From: the human T2T-CHM13v2.0 reference genome, Homo sapiens
Assembly: GCF_009914755.1 (NCBI RefSeq)
Contig: NC_060925.1
Direction: 5' to 3' (one strand)
DNA: 64,000 nucleotides
The translations under genes were made by a program, and so were the position numbers. Positions 30,546 through 46,893 of the stretch are shown here, one piece after another. The first letter of the stretch is position 1. Each line of letters begins with the position of its first letter. Below the pieces are notes generated by a model. The model searched no databases, was not told the origin of the DNA, and was given only the letters and a program-made list of their open reading frames with translations.

Positions 30546-31712
30546 AATTTTGAAAACACTTAAAAACTTGAAAGTATTTAGTTTTAGAATTTAAAAGCTG
30601 TCTTTTATTGCTTTAATGAGAAACAATATATGCCATTTTAACTTTAACTCAGTAAAACAACTTTATTCCTTTCCAAATCTATGAATAAGGTCCTATTTTT
30701 CCTGTCATGTATGATCAGACTAAATAAAAGAGATATTGCATGTGGCATTTTGGAATCCTTGATTGCCTGTTTATTTGCTGCCTGCTCTATTTATGATAAC
30801 ATCATGCTGCTGGCCAAGGAGAACACTGCTTGCTTTGTCCTTATCTTAGTATCTAAAATTTGGAACCCCAAGGAAATTGGGGAGGGCCATCTAGAAGCTA
30901 TTTTCTATGAAAGCTAGTAACCTTTTTTAGCATCCCTTGGAACAAGCAAGGTAAGACTTTCCTGTGTCTCTCCAGGAGTGCTCTCCTGGAACTCAGTAAT
31001 CATCTCAATCCATTGACTGTGGAGAGAACTCTCCAGAAGTTTTAAATTTCGTAACTCTGTCAGTGATGGGCAGGATGAGCTATTTTTAATCAAATAAAAA
31101 ATGGTGCTAGGCGATGAACACCTAAGGACTAGGATGGATTATAATAAGTTAGAAGGGTATGAAGGATGAGAAGAGAACAAAGTTACTTGAAACTATATTG
31201 GAAGTTCTATAAGGATTAATGTGGCTTCTGGAAACAGTGCTTATGGTAGGTTTTGTACTCATTTATGTTGCATATTTCCTTGGGTCTCTGGAATGTAGAG
31301 AATGCTATACTGAGGACAGTACAAGATGTGTGACAAGGTTCTTAACACCAGTGTGCACTATCATTTCTTACCTCCTTTTACACAGCTATTTTAAAAGGTA
31401 GAAGATATCTCAAACTGCATGTAGCTTTTAGTCATGTGTAAAAAAATGAAAATATTTTACTAGCTAGATTTGCCAGTCTCCTGGTACTGCCAAAATCAGA
31501 TATTTCAGTTTCTGAATGTATCCGTGGCACAGGAAATCATGATGTTTTGGATAGAGAGAAAAAAAGTGCTCCTGCCTAAATAATGGGTATACTTGTACCT
31601 AAGGTACTGTGTATGTTTTTGATCATTAGACATATTAGCTCCCCCAGATAAGTGAACATCTAGGAAATTTCATTTATGAAGATTTAAAAGACACATTTTG
31701 AAATAGAACTCA

Positions 31713-31870
31713 TTTTTTTTTTCAGATTGTTATACAGATAAAATTTACCATCCTAACCATTTTTAAGTACAGGACTAAGTATATTTGTGTCATACTACCG
31801 TCACCACCGTCCATCCACAGAACTCTCTTCATCTTGTAAAACTGAAACTCTATACCCATTAAACAATAGC
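31713..31870 (-). mobile_element. L1M 3'-end fragment
   Basis: aaaatttaccatcctaaccatttttaag...aaactgaaactctatacccattaaacaa. Confidence 0.7.
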
Positions 31871-33862
31871 TTAGAACTGAATTTTAACATGCCCGCATCA
31901 GCCAGTTTCAGGTAGCCAGCATAACTCCCTTAGCAAAGACAGCCTCTTTGGTGGTCAATGAACTGAACTTGAGGTGGCTGCCGTCATGTCTGGTTCTGTA
32001 GGTTCAATGGTAGATCTTTTCTCCAGTGAAAAGAATGGTGAGGGGGAAAATCCTATCACAGTAGTCAACCAAGTACTAGGAATCTTCTCTTTTTTTTAAC
32101 TTTAGGACTATAATACCCAATTTTGGGAAATATTTGAATCAATGTAAATATTAAGAGTACCTTTACTACTAAATTCAAGTGCTAGTACATAAATTTTGCT
32201 TAATCAGAATTTGGTGTTTCCTTCTAGTTCGAGAAAAATGTTTACTTTTTACTTGTGGGATTGCTCCAGAAATCAATTTTCACAGCTTCCAACTGTTTAT
32301 TGTTTGTTGTCGCCTCCTCCCATCCCAGCCTTTTCTATTATCAAAGTAAAAGTATTAATTGCCCCCTTAACACCTTTTTTAATTCTTAAAATTGGCCGCT
32401 TTAAGTTTATTTCTGAAGAAAGAGCTTTCATTTCTTCCAAGTGATATGTATATAAAATGTTCCTTACCAAGAATCGTTTCATTGCCTTGCATCTTCAAAT
32501 ATTTTCTTTTAAAATGCAAATATCCATGGGAGTTGTAGCATATTAAGCTAATATTAGCTAGGCATGGCTTGGGATAAATTAATTATTCATTGGTCTCTTG
32601 ACCGAGATGAGAGCACCAGAAATGTGGGAATTTTACTATTGTGAGCTTAAGAGCATAAGGACCAAGAAGATGGAAATTACAGAGAGAGGAAGGAAAATAA
32701 AAGGGAGAAGACAAGCCTCTAAAGCCCCAATTAAAGTAAGCCATTATTTTTCACTTGAGTTTAGACCTTCTTAATGAGGCCTCATGGAAGCGTGCAGGAG
32801 CTAGCTAACCACTGTTTACAGTCTCAGATTGCCTTAATGCCTATGTTGCGTGTCTTTGGCATGGCTGTAGTAACCTGGAAGGATGACGTTAGAGAATTGT
32901 TCACACGTCTTTGCATCTCTGGCCAGTGAAATACTATCCCAAGAGGTGACCATTGGCTGGAGATTTCCTTATGAAAACAGAGACTGTCTCATTATGTTTA
33001 TTTGTTTCGTTATGACGTGTAAGCGTACCCTGAGAAAATTATGAACTGTATTTTCCCAGCATCCTGCATGCACCCAGCTAGGAAAGCAAGTGAGACACCC
33101 TTTGGGCCCTCAGCAGTCATTTAATGAGGCGTTACAATGTACCTACCTCATGGTGGCCTCTGGGGCTAACAGGGTCATGATATAGGAGATCAGCATAGGA
33201 TCCTGTGATAGAATTAAACAGGTCCTCAGATCACAAAATGCAAAGGTTGCTGTTAACATGGGATAATCTTCCTTCTTGTAGTATCTTTCTTATGGAAAGC
33301 TATTCTATCTGCTCTTTTAAATTGCTTTAATATTCTATATATAGTAGGTGTTGGCAGTCACAAATTTAACTTTGTGGTTTCAGTCATGAAAATTCATGGA
33401 TTTGCATTTGTTTCTGGTGTGCAAGAGAGCCGGTCACACAGCGAGAGAGTGAGCCCCACTGGCCACTGACTCCTCACTTTAACACAGCTTGGTGCTTCTG
33501 TTCTTCATCCCCGTGAAATAATGAGCACTTCTCAATGGAAGCACTTAGTGAGTTCATGAAGGTTGCGAGATCCATTCCTTGAAACTGTTGAGAGACTCTT
33601 GTTTTCAGAGGCTATTTCAGAGAAACAGAGGCTACTCTGTTTCACACATACTTACTGAAACCCTAAATGCAAGCCTCGCACTGGGATCCAAAGGTAAATT
33701 AAGATGATGGTCCCTGCCTGCAGAAGCTCTCAGCCTAGTGCAGGGAACAAACATGTGAATACATGCCCTTCTATTTGGTAAAATGAATGGTTGAGAGAGC
33801 AAGAGGGGAAGAGATGACTCTGCCCATGAAGATGGAGAAGGTATCAGGAAAAGGACATAATT

Positions 33863-34734
<872 letters not shown>

Positions 34735-35185
34735 TTAAAGGAGGTAACACTTGACCAGAAGGAAAAGGGATCTGGATGTTCTTGGTACAGAAACCACAAG
34801 TTCATATGAACAGAAGTGTCAACAGCTGAAAAAGTAAGGGGACAAGTAGTCCCATGGGACTGCAGCCAAATGTACAAGGTTAGCGACCAGATAAGACTCT
34901 GGACGGGTCAGCAGGAGGGGCCAGGTGATGGATGCCAGACCACTGGGTCCTGGGTACTTACCACATTGTGCTTCCTAGTCCCCAAGATGTGGTCCTCAAA
35001 AAAACGAAAAGTCACGGTCAAATGAATTTGGGAGATGCCAAGTTAAAGCTCTCCCAAGCAGGGAAATATAGAGGACCAAACCCCTTTTGTAGGAAAACCC
35101 TAGAAAACCTCACTTGGGGAATTCTGCTATAAGCAGTGAAACACCATGGAAGGATTCTGAGCTGTTGACAACAGATTTTCATTTA

Positions 35186-35554
<369 letters not shown>

Positions 35555-36181
35555 TCAATAGACTGAACTGCCCTTGGGAGGGAGAGACCTACGTTGGTGC
35601 CAGGGTTTTGGTTCCTGACTCTGGTCATGCCTAATCAGTTGCTGGATATAACTTCTGGCATCCAGCAGGAAGGCCTGCCCTACTAATATATTTGGAGTTG
35701 GGTGTGACTATAATGGTAGCACTGAAGCCTCAGTGGATGAGCTCATCACCAGGTCAAGTCTAAGGGGAGAACAGGACTGTGGACAGACCCAGCAGACATC
35801 CATGTTTTAGAAGTGGGCAGGGAGGAGTGGTCAGCAAGGGAGCAGGCGTCCTTGAAGCCAGGGGAGGACAGGGTTTCAAAAACAAGAGAGCAGTGTGTAG
35901 TAACCCTCCACATGCAAGTTACAACAGCAGAGAGATGTTTTTACCTAACAAATTGTCAGACTTTTTTCCTGTATGTACTCATGCTCATAGCACAATAATT
36001 GGCCAGAATGAAGTAAATTTAATATACTCATATTATTTTGGAGAGTGTATGCTAGTAAAACATTTTGGAATCAGCTGGCATCTATCAACCTTGACACATG
36101 GTTGACATTCATCAGTTGATGTTTTTACCTTAGGTATGCATCCTTTCTCCCCAGAAAATCTACATGTAGATATTTATCCTA

Positions 36182-36603
<422 letters not shown>

Positions 36604-36703
36604 TCACATCCATATGATGAAATAATACTTAGCAGCTAGTTAAAATTTTGCATGAGACATGTAGGGCATGGAGTAAAGTTTCTGATTTTTTTAATATATA
36701 CAA

Positions 36704-36777
36704 GCTGGGCATGGTGGATCACGCCTGTAATCCTAGCACTTTGGGAGGCTGAGGCGGGTGGATCACCTGGGGTCAGG
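36704..36777 (+). mobile_element. 3'-truncated Alu left arm
   Basis: Alu consensus stops abruptly at ...ggggtcagg. Confidence 0.85.
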
Positions 36778-36906
36778 TCAGTGTTTTTGAAACACTGTCC
36801 TCCCCGGCTTCAAGGACGCCTGCTCCCTTGCTGACCACTTCTCCCTGCCCACTTCTAAAACATGGATGTCTGCTGGGCCTGTCCACAGTCCCGTTCTCCC
36901 TCTTAG

Positions 36907-36938
36907 ATATATATACACACACATATATACACTTAGTG

Positions 36939-36974
<36 letters not shown>

Positions 36975-37034
36975 TATATACACTTAGTGTATATATATAT
37001 ATATATATATACACACACATATATACACTTAGTG

Positions 37035-37080
<46 letters not shown>
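36907..37080. repeat. Compound (TA)n/(CA)n microsatellite with three copies of a palindromic spacer
   Basis: [(TA)n(CA)n TATATACACTTAGTG]x3 followed by (TA)n(CA)n. Confidence 0.95.
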
Positions 37081-37082
<2 letters not shown>

Positions 37083-37118
37083 TGTGCAAAGGAGTAAGAC
37101 ACACCATTATAATAGTGA

Positions 37119-37448
<330 letters not shown>

Positions 37449-37809
37449 ATTAAGCAATTTTCATTGCCCTCCTGAGATAGAGGTTGTCAGTGACCTTTGC
37501 CAGAGCAATTTCCATGAGTGGTGGGGATGGAAGCGTGAGTGGTCTGAGGGGAGGAGTGGAGACAGCGAATGTAGGTGGTGATGGAGAGAGCTAGGCTGGG
37601 AATGTCTTGGGGGTCGGGGGACAAAGAGGACAACTCAAGTGGAAGACGTGGGTTCTAGGTCCACCTCTACTGCCACTTTGCTTGACCTCAGCCTCTGTGA
37701 GTACTTCAGTGTCTCTGTAACATAGGGATGCTAATTACAGTCAGCTGCATTATTGCACATTCTGTGAACTGTGCAGTGCATAGGGAACATATCACCATTA
37801 TGGCATTAG

Positions 37810-38244
<435 letters not shown>

Positions 38245-39723
38245 TGAGGCTTGAGGAGGAAGGAAACACTGGATCATGGAAGGAAACAGCTTAGCATTTC
38301 AGGGACCATTAAGTCATAGATCATCCAGACAACAGGGCTCTTAGAGATCGGTTGACCTGATCGCCTCTGGTGAGCCTGAGGAAACTGAGGCCAGAGCAGG
38401 AAAAAAATCACAGTTGGCAGCAGAGCTTGGACTGTAACTCAGAGGTTTTGGTATCCAAGTGAGTGCTTTTAACCTGATACTTTGATATGTTCTGTCAACA
38501 TATAATATATTGAGAAGAATTTGGATTTGATTTAGGAATTTGGAACCATGCTGCTTGGACACTTATGCAACCTGATTTAAAACACTGATTCTACCAAAAT
38601 TCCTCAAATTCCTTAAGGGACATATGGGGTAGCACAGATGAGAAAGTGGACAAAATTTCCTGCCACCTTCTAGATTTATGGTTTCTGACCAGTTAAACAT
38701 CTGTTATAGAAAAGAATGACAAATATTTTGTTCATAATGATTCCCTTTTCTCCAGCAGTCCCATTTGTTTAGCTGTGTCTAGTACTTCATAAAGAGTGCA
38801 CAGTTTAGGGTGGATGAGGAGGTAGAGGGTTTCTGCAGGATTACATCTTACAGTGAGAAATAATCTAAGAACATATTCCAGAGGGATTATGTCTTTTAAA
38901 TTAGTAGCATCTTTCGCATTTAACATTTTTGTTGGCTGTGCGTGAGATCTTCCTATGGAATCCACATTTTAAGTTCTGGGTGTGCAGCCCCAGAAAGCCA
39001 TAAGACAGCGCTAACTGGCTTTCCGTGCCGACTCCACGTTCTTTGCATCTTGATGTTCCTCCTACTTGCAGTTACTCCTTTGGCCTTTTATTGCTTTCAG
39101 TTTTTCACTTAACAGTTTCTCACTAGCAAGTTTTGTGCATGGTCTTGATCTCTTTCTCTCTCCCCACCGACATGTTTACTTCTTAATGATTCTCTCCTGA
39201 TCTTTTTACTGTCCTGAGTTCCTGGACTCCTTTCTTTAGGATTGTTACTGACTGAATTCAAATAGAAGAGTCTAGACAATATCGATTTCAGTAATGTTTT
39301 TCTCTACTCTTTCATTACCACATATCCTGCAAAAATTAAGCAAAAAGTACACATGTACTAAGAGAGAGAAAAGAGGGGTTTTGATTTAACTTCAGAGGTT
39401 TACGAACTGTTGCATCTGCTTTACCTCAAGCAGTCAGTGTGCTTACCCCAGGGACAGTGGCAAAGCAAGACGCTAGCAGCAGAGTGGGCTGGTCCTTTAT
39501 ACACAGAGACTTGCTTATTATACAGTTAACATATCTGCTATGGGTAGGAATCTTGACAAGGCTGATGTGTCATGAATTTATCTCTATTTTTGAAGAACCC
39601 ACAGATGGTACTAAACCCATATAACTTATATAACTGTTATCATGGGGTCAAGCCGCTGTATAACCGTCAAAAATATATTTTTTAGAAGAACTGACATTGT
39701 GTGTGTGTTTATTTCCTTTTTAG

Positions 39724-39935
39724 CACGAGGTAGAACTAACATTGAACTTAGAGAGAAATTCATCCTACCAGAGGGAGCATCCCAGGGAATGACCCCCTTC
39801 CGCTCACGGGGTCGAAGGTCCAAACCATCTTCCCGGGCAGCTTCCCCTACTCGTTCCAGCTCCAGTGCTAGTCAGAGTAACCACAGCTGTACATCCATGC
39901 CATCTTCTCCAGCCACCCCAGCCAGTGGAACCAAG
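39724..39935 (+). CDS. MACF1: MACF1 coding exon (212 nt; ARGRTNIEL...ASGTK)
   Basis: ttttag|CA, AAG|gtatgt. Confidence 0.96.
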
Positions 39936-40255
39936 GTATGTACTGATCTCCATTATGCCCTTCTTCCCCAATCCCACCCTCACAGATGTTCATTGTTCAC
40001 GGTAGCCTCTGAAAGACTCCAGTGAGGAGAAGAAATAAAAATGAAAACATGTTTTCTATTTTAGAAATAAAACGTGAAAACACACAGATCAAGACTGCCC
40101 TGTTCCTAGCAGTACACAGATATATGGCCTTTAAGATGACTCCAAAGGACATTTATTAAAATATGCACTCAGCCTGGTTATGTCAGAAATGTTTATTTCC
40201 TCATGTTCTCAGTTTAAGTTTGAGCCCATCCAGTGTTACTACTTTTGAAAATCCA

Positions 40256-40585
40256 GGCTGGACACAGTGGCTCATGCCTGTAATCCCAGCCTTTGGGAAG
40301 CTGTGGTGGGAGGATCCCTTGAGACCAGAAGTTGAAGACCAGCGTGGGCAACATAGCAAGACCATCTCTACAAATTTCTAAATTTATCATCTCTAATTTT
40401 TAAATTTAGCCTAGCATGGTGGTGAGCACCTATAGTCCCAGCTACTCAGGAAGCTGAGGCAAGAGGATTGCTTGAGCCCAGGAATACAAGGCTGCAGTAA
40501 GCTATGAACTGCACCACTGCACTCCAGCCTGGGCAACAGAGTGAGACTCTGTCTCTAAAAAATAAAAATTAAAAAAAAAAAAATT
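40256..40585 (+). mobile_element. AluJ
   Basis: Diverged Alu. Confidence 0.88.
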
Positions 40586-40845
40586 AAGGAAAAAGGACAG
40601 AAAATCCAGGCACTGGCTGTGCAGTGGAGCTAACAGCTAAGTTTGATGTTATGATGGGTTATGTGTGAATGATGTTAGTGCCTGCCTGGTCCTTCTCATC
40701 CTGATGGACCAACATGCATTTTATTTTGTTTTCTGTTTCTTTAAAATTTAGTATCTTCTATTTATTTTTTTCTGTTCCCAATGTGCACCCTTTTTGTTCC
40801 TTTTTCAATTGTTCCTGTCCTTCCCTTTGGATTTCCGTTTCACAG

Positions 40846-40956
40846 ACTTCACTTCAGTTCTCTCGCTGTTATGACAAACCCTGGTTGGTAAACAGTAAAG
40901 CTGGCACCCCTATCAGGGACAGCCATTCTCCTGACCTCCAGCTGCCCACCCCCGAG
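40846..40956 (+). CDS. MACF1: MACF1 alternative 111-nt cassette exon (TSLQFSRCYDKPWLVNSK...LPTPE)
   Basis: ~92-nt AG-free pyrimidine tract, cacag|ACT, GAG|gtagag, phase 0/0; the KPWL.NSK motif resembles the DST paralog exon as I recall it. Confidence 0.8.
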
Positions 40957-42519
40957 GTAGAGTATGGCTTTGCTGACTGAGGACACAGTCAAGACGAGGC
41001 CCTCGCTACTGGACTTGACCAGCTCTTCTTCCTGACACGAATCCCTGCACTCTTTCATCTCTGTGGTGCTTGCTGTCACAGCTGATTCATCTAGTCCAGT
41101 GTTTTCAGGGGTTTCTAACTCGGATTCACCAAAATTGGAGAGAAATAAGAGATGCCTGAAACTAGATTAATAACTTTATAACAATCTTGAGAATGATATT
41201 TGCTGAGAATGGTAAATGATGGTCATTGCTGTAGATTTGTTTATTGATGTCATTTATAATCAGGCCTCTTGGAATCTCCAAATGTCAGATACTCAGACGA
41301 GTTATGAACACTTGAAATTCAACTATGGCGCATGTTCTACAATGTTCTGTCTTTGCTTAGAACAGAAGAGTGGTTGGCGCCACCTGCCCTGAGACACATG
41401 TCCAGGGTGGTTGGTATTGCCACACCACACTGGTCCGAGGCGTGGGTGCTGTCTCCTTCAGCCAAGCACAGCACCAGTGAACACTGACCTGAGGCTCACA
41501 TTCTAGCTTCTGAATTTCTTGGCCTAGGCACTTGAGTTTCTGTAGCCTTGATTTGAATACACATGCCAGCAATTAAGCATGTTCAAGTGCAGCCATTAAA
41601 GTGCCTGAACGCTTTTGGAAGAGCAGTGTTTTAGAAATAAAACATGGACTAGTGGCTTGTCTGATAGTAGTGCAGTTTGCATTCCAGCTCCTACCAAGAA
41701 ACATTGGATTCTTGTGCCTCAAGACAGTGTTGCCTTCAGTCTTGGAAAGCCTTAGCCAGGGAAACAAGGGATGCACAAGAAGTCAATGGCTATGAATGAG
41801 CTGCTGTTTTGAGGTTCATTTCACTTCAAGCTAAAACTCCAGTTCAGAAATATATCTGGTTTAGAATATGATCTGGGGACCTACTGCCACTAAACTACTA
41901 GACTCACCCTGCTTATCTTGCTTTTCTTCTTTCCTTAATGGCTCCAGTTTCATAAAAATCTCAGTTCTATTTTAAATTTTAGATGTTTAATGATGTACAA
42001 ATTCTCATACAGTTCTGATAAATCAGGGCTTTTGTTCTGTCTTAAGGTTTTATTTTCTGTTTCATTTCATTTTGAGGCTTCATCTTTCCTTACTTATTGG
42101 TGTTCTGTAGCCAGGCCATCTCCTGACTTGGAATTCTAGCCCGGGTTCTAGCTGTGGTCTTCCAGCAGCAGTGCGCAGGAACCTTAGCTTCTGAAACTGG
42201 TGTTCTTCCTCCTATGTGGCCAGGAAATTTTGTGCTTGAGTGTTAATCACTTTCTATCGCTTATGCTTTTTCTTTATAAATTTAAGAAGTACAGCAAACA
42301 ATGAGATGGATTGCTTTTCTCTTCTGTTTGCATAAACGTCTTAAAGGTCCTGGAAAACAATTTACATAATTGATTTCAAAGAAAAATTAGAATGGCATGC
42401 TGTAGCATGTGGCATAAGTAATGTTTTGGGGGTTTTTTTGTTTGTTTGTTTGTTTGTTTTTTCATTTTTTAAAAAGCGAAGTAGAGACAAGGTCAAATAA
42501 TGGATGTTTAAAACATTTA

Positions 42520-43043
<524 letters not shown>

Positions 43044-43795
43044 CACACATTTAAAATACTCTTTTTCCTCCAGTTAAGCCTACTATCTAAAAAACCAAAA
43101 AAAATCACTCAAATAGGAAACATAGCACCTATTGGTAGCAGTGATAATAATATGTAGCTCTTTTCCAGTTTGGGAAATGCTTCTATTCATCATTTATTCA
43201 TGCAAGTTTTTATTGAGTTCCTCTTCTGTGCTGTGCAGAACACAGGAAGCAGGGGAGAGAATAGAAGTGTACAAGCAGTGTTCTGAGTAGTGAGACAAGA
43301 CCTCTCTACTAAGGTCATCCTTTCAATAGAGCCCCTGCAGGGAATGAGGGGGTGAGCCACACGTGTATCTGGGGTAGGCTTGGGGTGTGGTGATTGTGCA
43401 ACAACAGTCCAGGCAAAATGAACAGCAAGGGGACAAGACTGGTGGACCCTCACTGGGCCATTGGTGGAACAGCAAGGAAGCTAGTGTGGCTGGGATGGAC
43501 TGATGAGGAGTGTGGTAGAAATGAAGTCAAAGAGGCAGGATTTAATCCCTGATTTCCCAAGAGAGAAGCAAAGACACAGGTGTTAATTTCAATCAGTCCT
43601 GGAACCCAGACTCAAACCCAGGTCTCCTGGTTCTTCATGCACAGACTTGTTCCTGATGTCTCAGTCCCACAGTCGTGTGCTTCTCATAGTTTATTTGATC
43701 CACAAGTTAAGTAATTTTATCTGCATTTTACCAGTAAGGATAATGACTAAAAGATCTTACTAAAGTTACTGCACCTACTTAGTGTTAAGAGATTG

Positions 43796-44126
<331 letters not shown>

Positions 44127-44526
44127 TCAAATAGGTGGGCTAAAACTCATTTCAAATTTTTAACCCCAAAATCTTGATACCTAGTATTATTTGAATTTCT
44201 TTTTCCTTTACTCATTCACCATAATTGTTTGTTGTAACTATTGTATTCTTACTGAGGATTTTTTTTTTTCATTTCTAGGGGAAATTAGTAAAACAAAAGG
44301 TATTTGAAGACATTTTGAAATTTTTATTTGGAACATAAAACTTTGATTTTGGGAATTATCAAAATATATGACCTAGGATACTTTAAGAGAAATCTTTGTT
44401 TTCCTGGACTTTTAATTTGCTTTTCAACTAAGCAAATATAAGGAGGTGTAAGGAGACCTTTTAAAGTTGAATTTCTGGCAAAGATTTTACCAAGTAAAAT
44501 GTGACCTTTTTATTATTTTTTTTAAG

Positions 44527-44656
44527 GTTATCCCATCATCAGGTAGCAAGTTGAAACGACCAACACCAACTTTTCATTCTAGTCGGACATCCCTTGCTGG
44601 TGATACCAGCAATAGTTCTTCCCCGGCCTCCACAGGTGCCAAAACTAATCGGGCAG
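44527..44656 (+). CDS. MACF1: MACF1 penultimate exon (130 nt; VIPSSGSK...TNRA, phase 1 end)
   Basis: tttaag|GTT, CAG|gtaagt. Confidence 0.95.
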
Positions 44657-45463
44657 GTAAGTACCTGCCCCGTGACCTACAAGCCAGGCTGAGAATTTGG
44701 AAACAACAGCCTATGTGGAATGTTTCACTGCTCCCAAGGAGCGGGTAATGAGAGTGGCACTTAGTGTGATGCCCAGAAAGACAGACCTGCAGATGCTCAA
44801 GTGACCTTTACTTTTTCTGTCATTACAGCTAGCTTTAAGCTTTCCTTCTGAGATGAGATGCTTCCACAGCCAAAGCTGGGCCATGCGTTCTCATCAGAAA
44901 TGATCACATTTGAGAGAATGTAAAAGGAAATGTGGGTCTTCCTCAGACACCAGTCCAGTGTTGGGATGAGCAGCTTGCTAGTAATTTTTCCAACACGTCA
45001 TACTTACTATGGCTGCTGTTGAACCAAGAAAGGCAGGGGAAGATCACATCTGTTCTCCTGCTACTGTTCCTCATGGGAACCTAGGAATCTTCCTTCATTT
45101 CCTGGCTGGCTGCTTCCCCTCATTTTGCCTCTATCCATCCTGCCCATGGATTAGCCCGGCTGGCAGGCTCACCCACCTGTGCTGAGGTGGTTGAGCAACC
45201 TTGCTTGCCTCCACTTTGGGGCCATGGAAGGTGACAGTGCTGCTGATAGAGTGGCTTTCTAATCCCCAGGAGGCAGCTTCTCAAGTAGAATCACAAAGCC
45301 AGAAAAGGCTTCAGCAACTTCTGTATGGATGAGGAAACTGGGGTGCAGAAAGGCTGTGAGATTTGCTTAAGATCACACAGGATCAGAACCCTAGCTTCTG
45401 CTCACTTGTTCTTCCACCCCATGCCATCTCTATTAAGTCTGCTGTTTTATTCTTGAATTCCAG

Positions 45464-45720
45464 ACCCTAAAAAGTCTGCCAGTCGCCCTGGGAGTCGGGC
45501 TGGGAGTCGAGCCGGGAGTCGAGCCAGCAGCCGGCGAGGAAGTGACGCTTCTGACTTTGACCTCTTAGAGACGCAGTCTGCTTGTTCCGACACTTCAGAA
45601 AGCAGCGCTGCAGGGGGCCAAGGCAACTCCAGGAGAGGGCTAAACAAACCTTCCAAAATCCCAACCATGTCTAAGAAGACCACCACTGCCTCCCCCAGGA
45701 CTCCAGGTCCCAAGCGATAA
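45464..45720 (+). CDS. MACF1: MACF1 terminal exon coding part: GSR repeats, SKIP (SxIP) motif at 45652-45663, stop TAA 45718-45720
   Basis: ttccag|AC; [27 protein letters not shown]...KPSKIPT...PGPKR*. Confidence 0.97.
45481..45525 (+). repeat. 12-nt coding tandem repeat encoding the GSR(A) microtubule-binding / GSK3 phosphorylation cluster
   Basis: gggagtcgggct gggagtcgagcc gggagtcgagcc. Confidence 0.9.
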
Positions 45721-46714
45721 CACTGTCTAAGCACCCCCAAGCCACTATCCACTTTGAATCCTGCTCCATACATTGGGTGTATATTTATTCTGAACGGGAG
45801 AAGTTATATTGTTAAAAGTGTAAAAGAATAATTGTGTTATGAAGCTGCCTTATTTTTTTTCTTTTTGTAAGTTACTATTTTCATGTGAATATTTATGTAG
45901 ATAAAATTTGCCTCCTGGTAACCCTGTAATGGATGGGGCCCAGAAATGAAATATTTGAGAAAAACAAGTGAAAAGGTCAAGATACAAATGTGTATTAAAA
46001 AAAAAAAAGCCTATTAATAGGGTTTCTGCGCGGTGCAGGGTTGTAAACCTGCTTTATCTTTTAGGATTATTCCTAAATGCATCTTCTTTATAAACTTGAC
46101 TTGCTATCTCAGCAAGATAAATTATATTAAAAAAATAAGAATCCTGCAGTGTTTAAGGAACTCTTTTTTTGTAAATCACGGACACCTCAATTAGCAAGAA
46201 CTGAGGGGAGGGCTTTTTCCATTGTTTAATGTTTTGTGATTTTTAGCTAAAGAGAGGGAACCTCATCTAAGTAACATTTGCACATGATACAGCAAAAGGA
46301 GTTCATTGCAATACTGTCTTTGGATATTGTTTCAGTACTGGGTGTTTAAAGGACAAATAGCTGCTAGAATTCAGGGGTAAATGTAAGTGTTCAGAAAACG
46401 TCAGAACATTTGGGGTTTTAAACTGATTTGTTGCTCCCTATCCAGCCTAGACACCAGTAACTCTTGTGTTCACCAGGACCCAGACCCTTGGCAAGGGATA
46501 GGCTCGTTGGTGACATTGTGAATTTCAGATTTGTTTTATCCACTTTTTTTGCTATTTATTTAAATGGTCGATCAACTTCCCACAAACTGAGGAATGAATT
46601 CCACGAGCCTGTTCTGAAAATGTGGACGTAAGACAAACACGTGCTCGTCCTTTAATGGAGTTCACCAGCACACTTGTTAACCAGTCCTGTTTGCTTTCGT
46701 CTTTTTTTGTGCGT

Positions 46715-46720
46715 AATAAA
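46715..46720 (+). terminator. Poly(A) signal AATAAA (proximal candidate)
   Basis: Canonical hexamer preceded by a U-rich tract. Confidence 0.65.
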
Positions 46721-46887
46721 GTCAACTGACCAAGTGACCATGAAAAGGGGCTGTCTGGGGCTCCTGTTTTTTAGCTGCTGTTCTTCAGCTCCGACCATGT
46801 TGCTGTGTGATTATCTCAATTGGTTTTAATTGAGGCAGAAACTGAAGCTCTACCAATGAACTGTTTAGAAACAAGACACACTTTTGT

Positions 46888-46893
46888 ATTAAA
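46888..46893 (+). terminator. Poly(A) signal ATTAAA (distal candidate)
   Basis: Adjacent TGTA and U-rich downstream element at 46912-46938. Confidence 0.6.

Noticed and set aside
45718-45831. 36-codon in-frame extension after the MACF1 stop
   Set aside because: TAA is the least leaky stop, there is no TGA-CTAG motif, and the length is unremarkable
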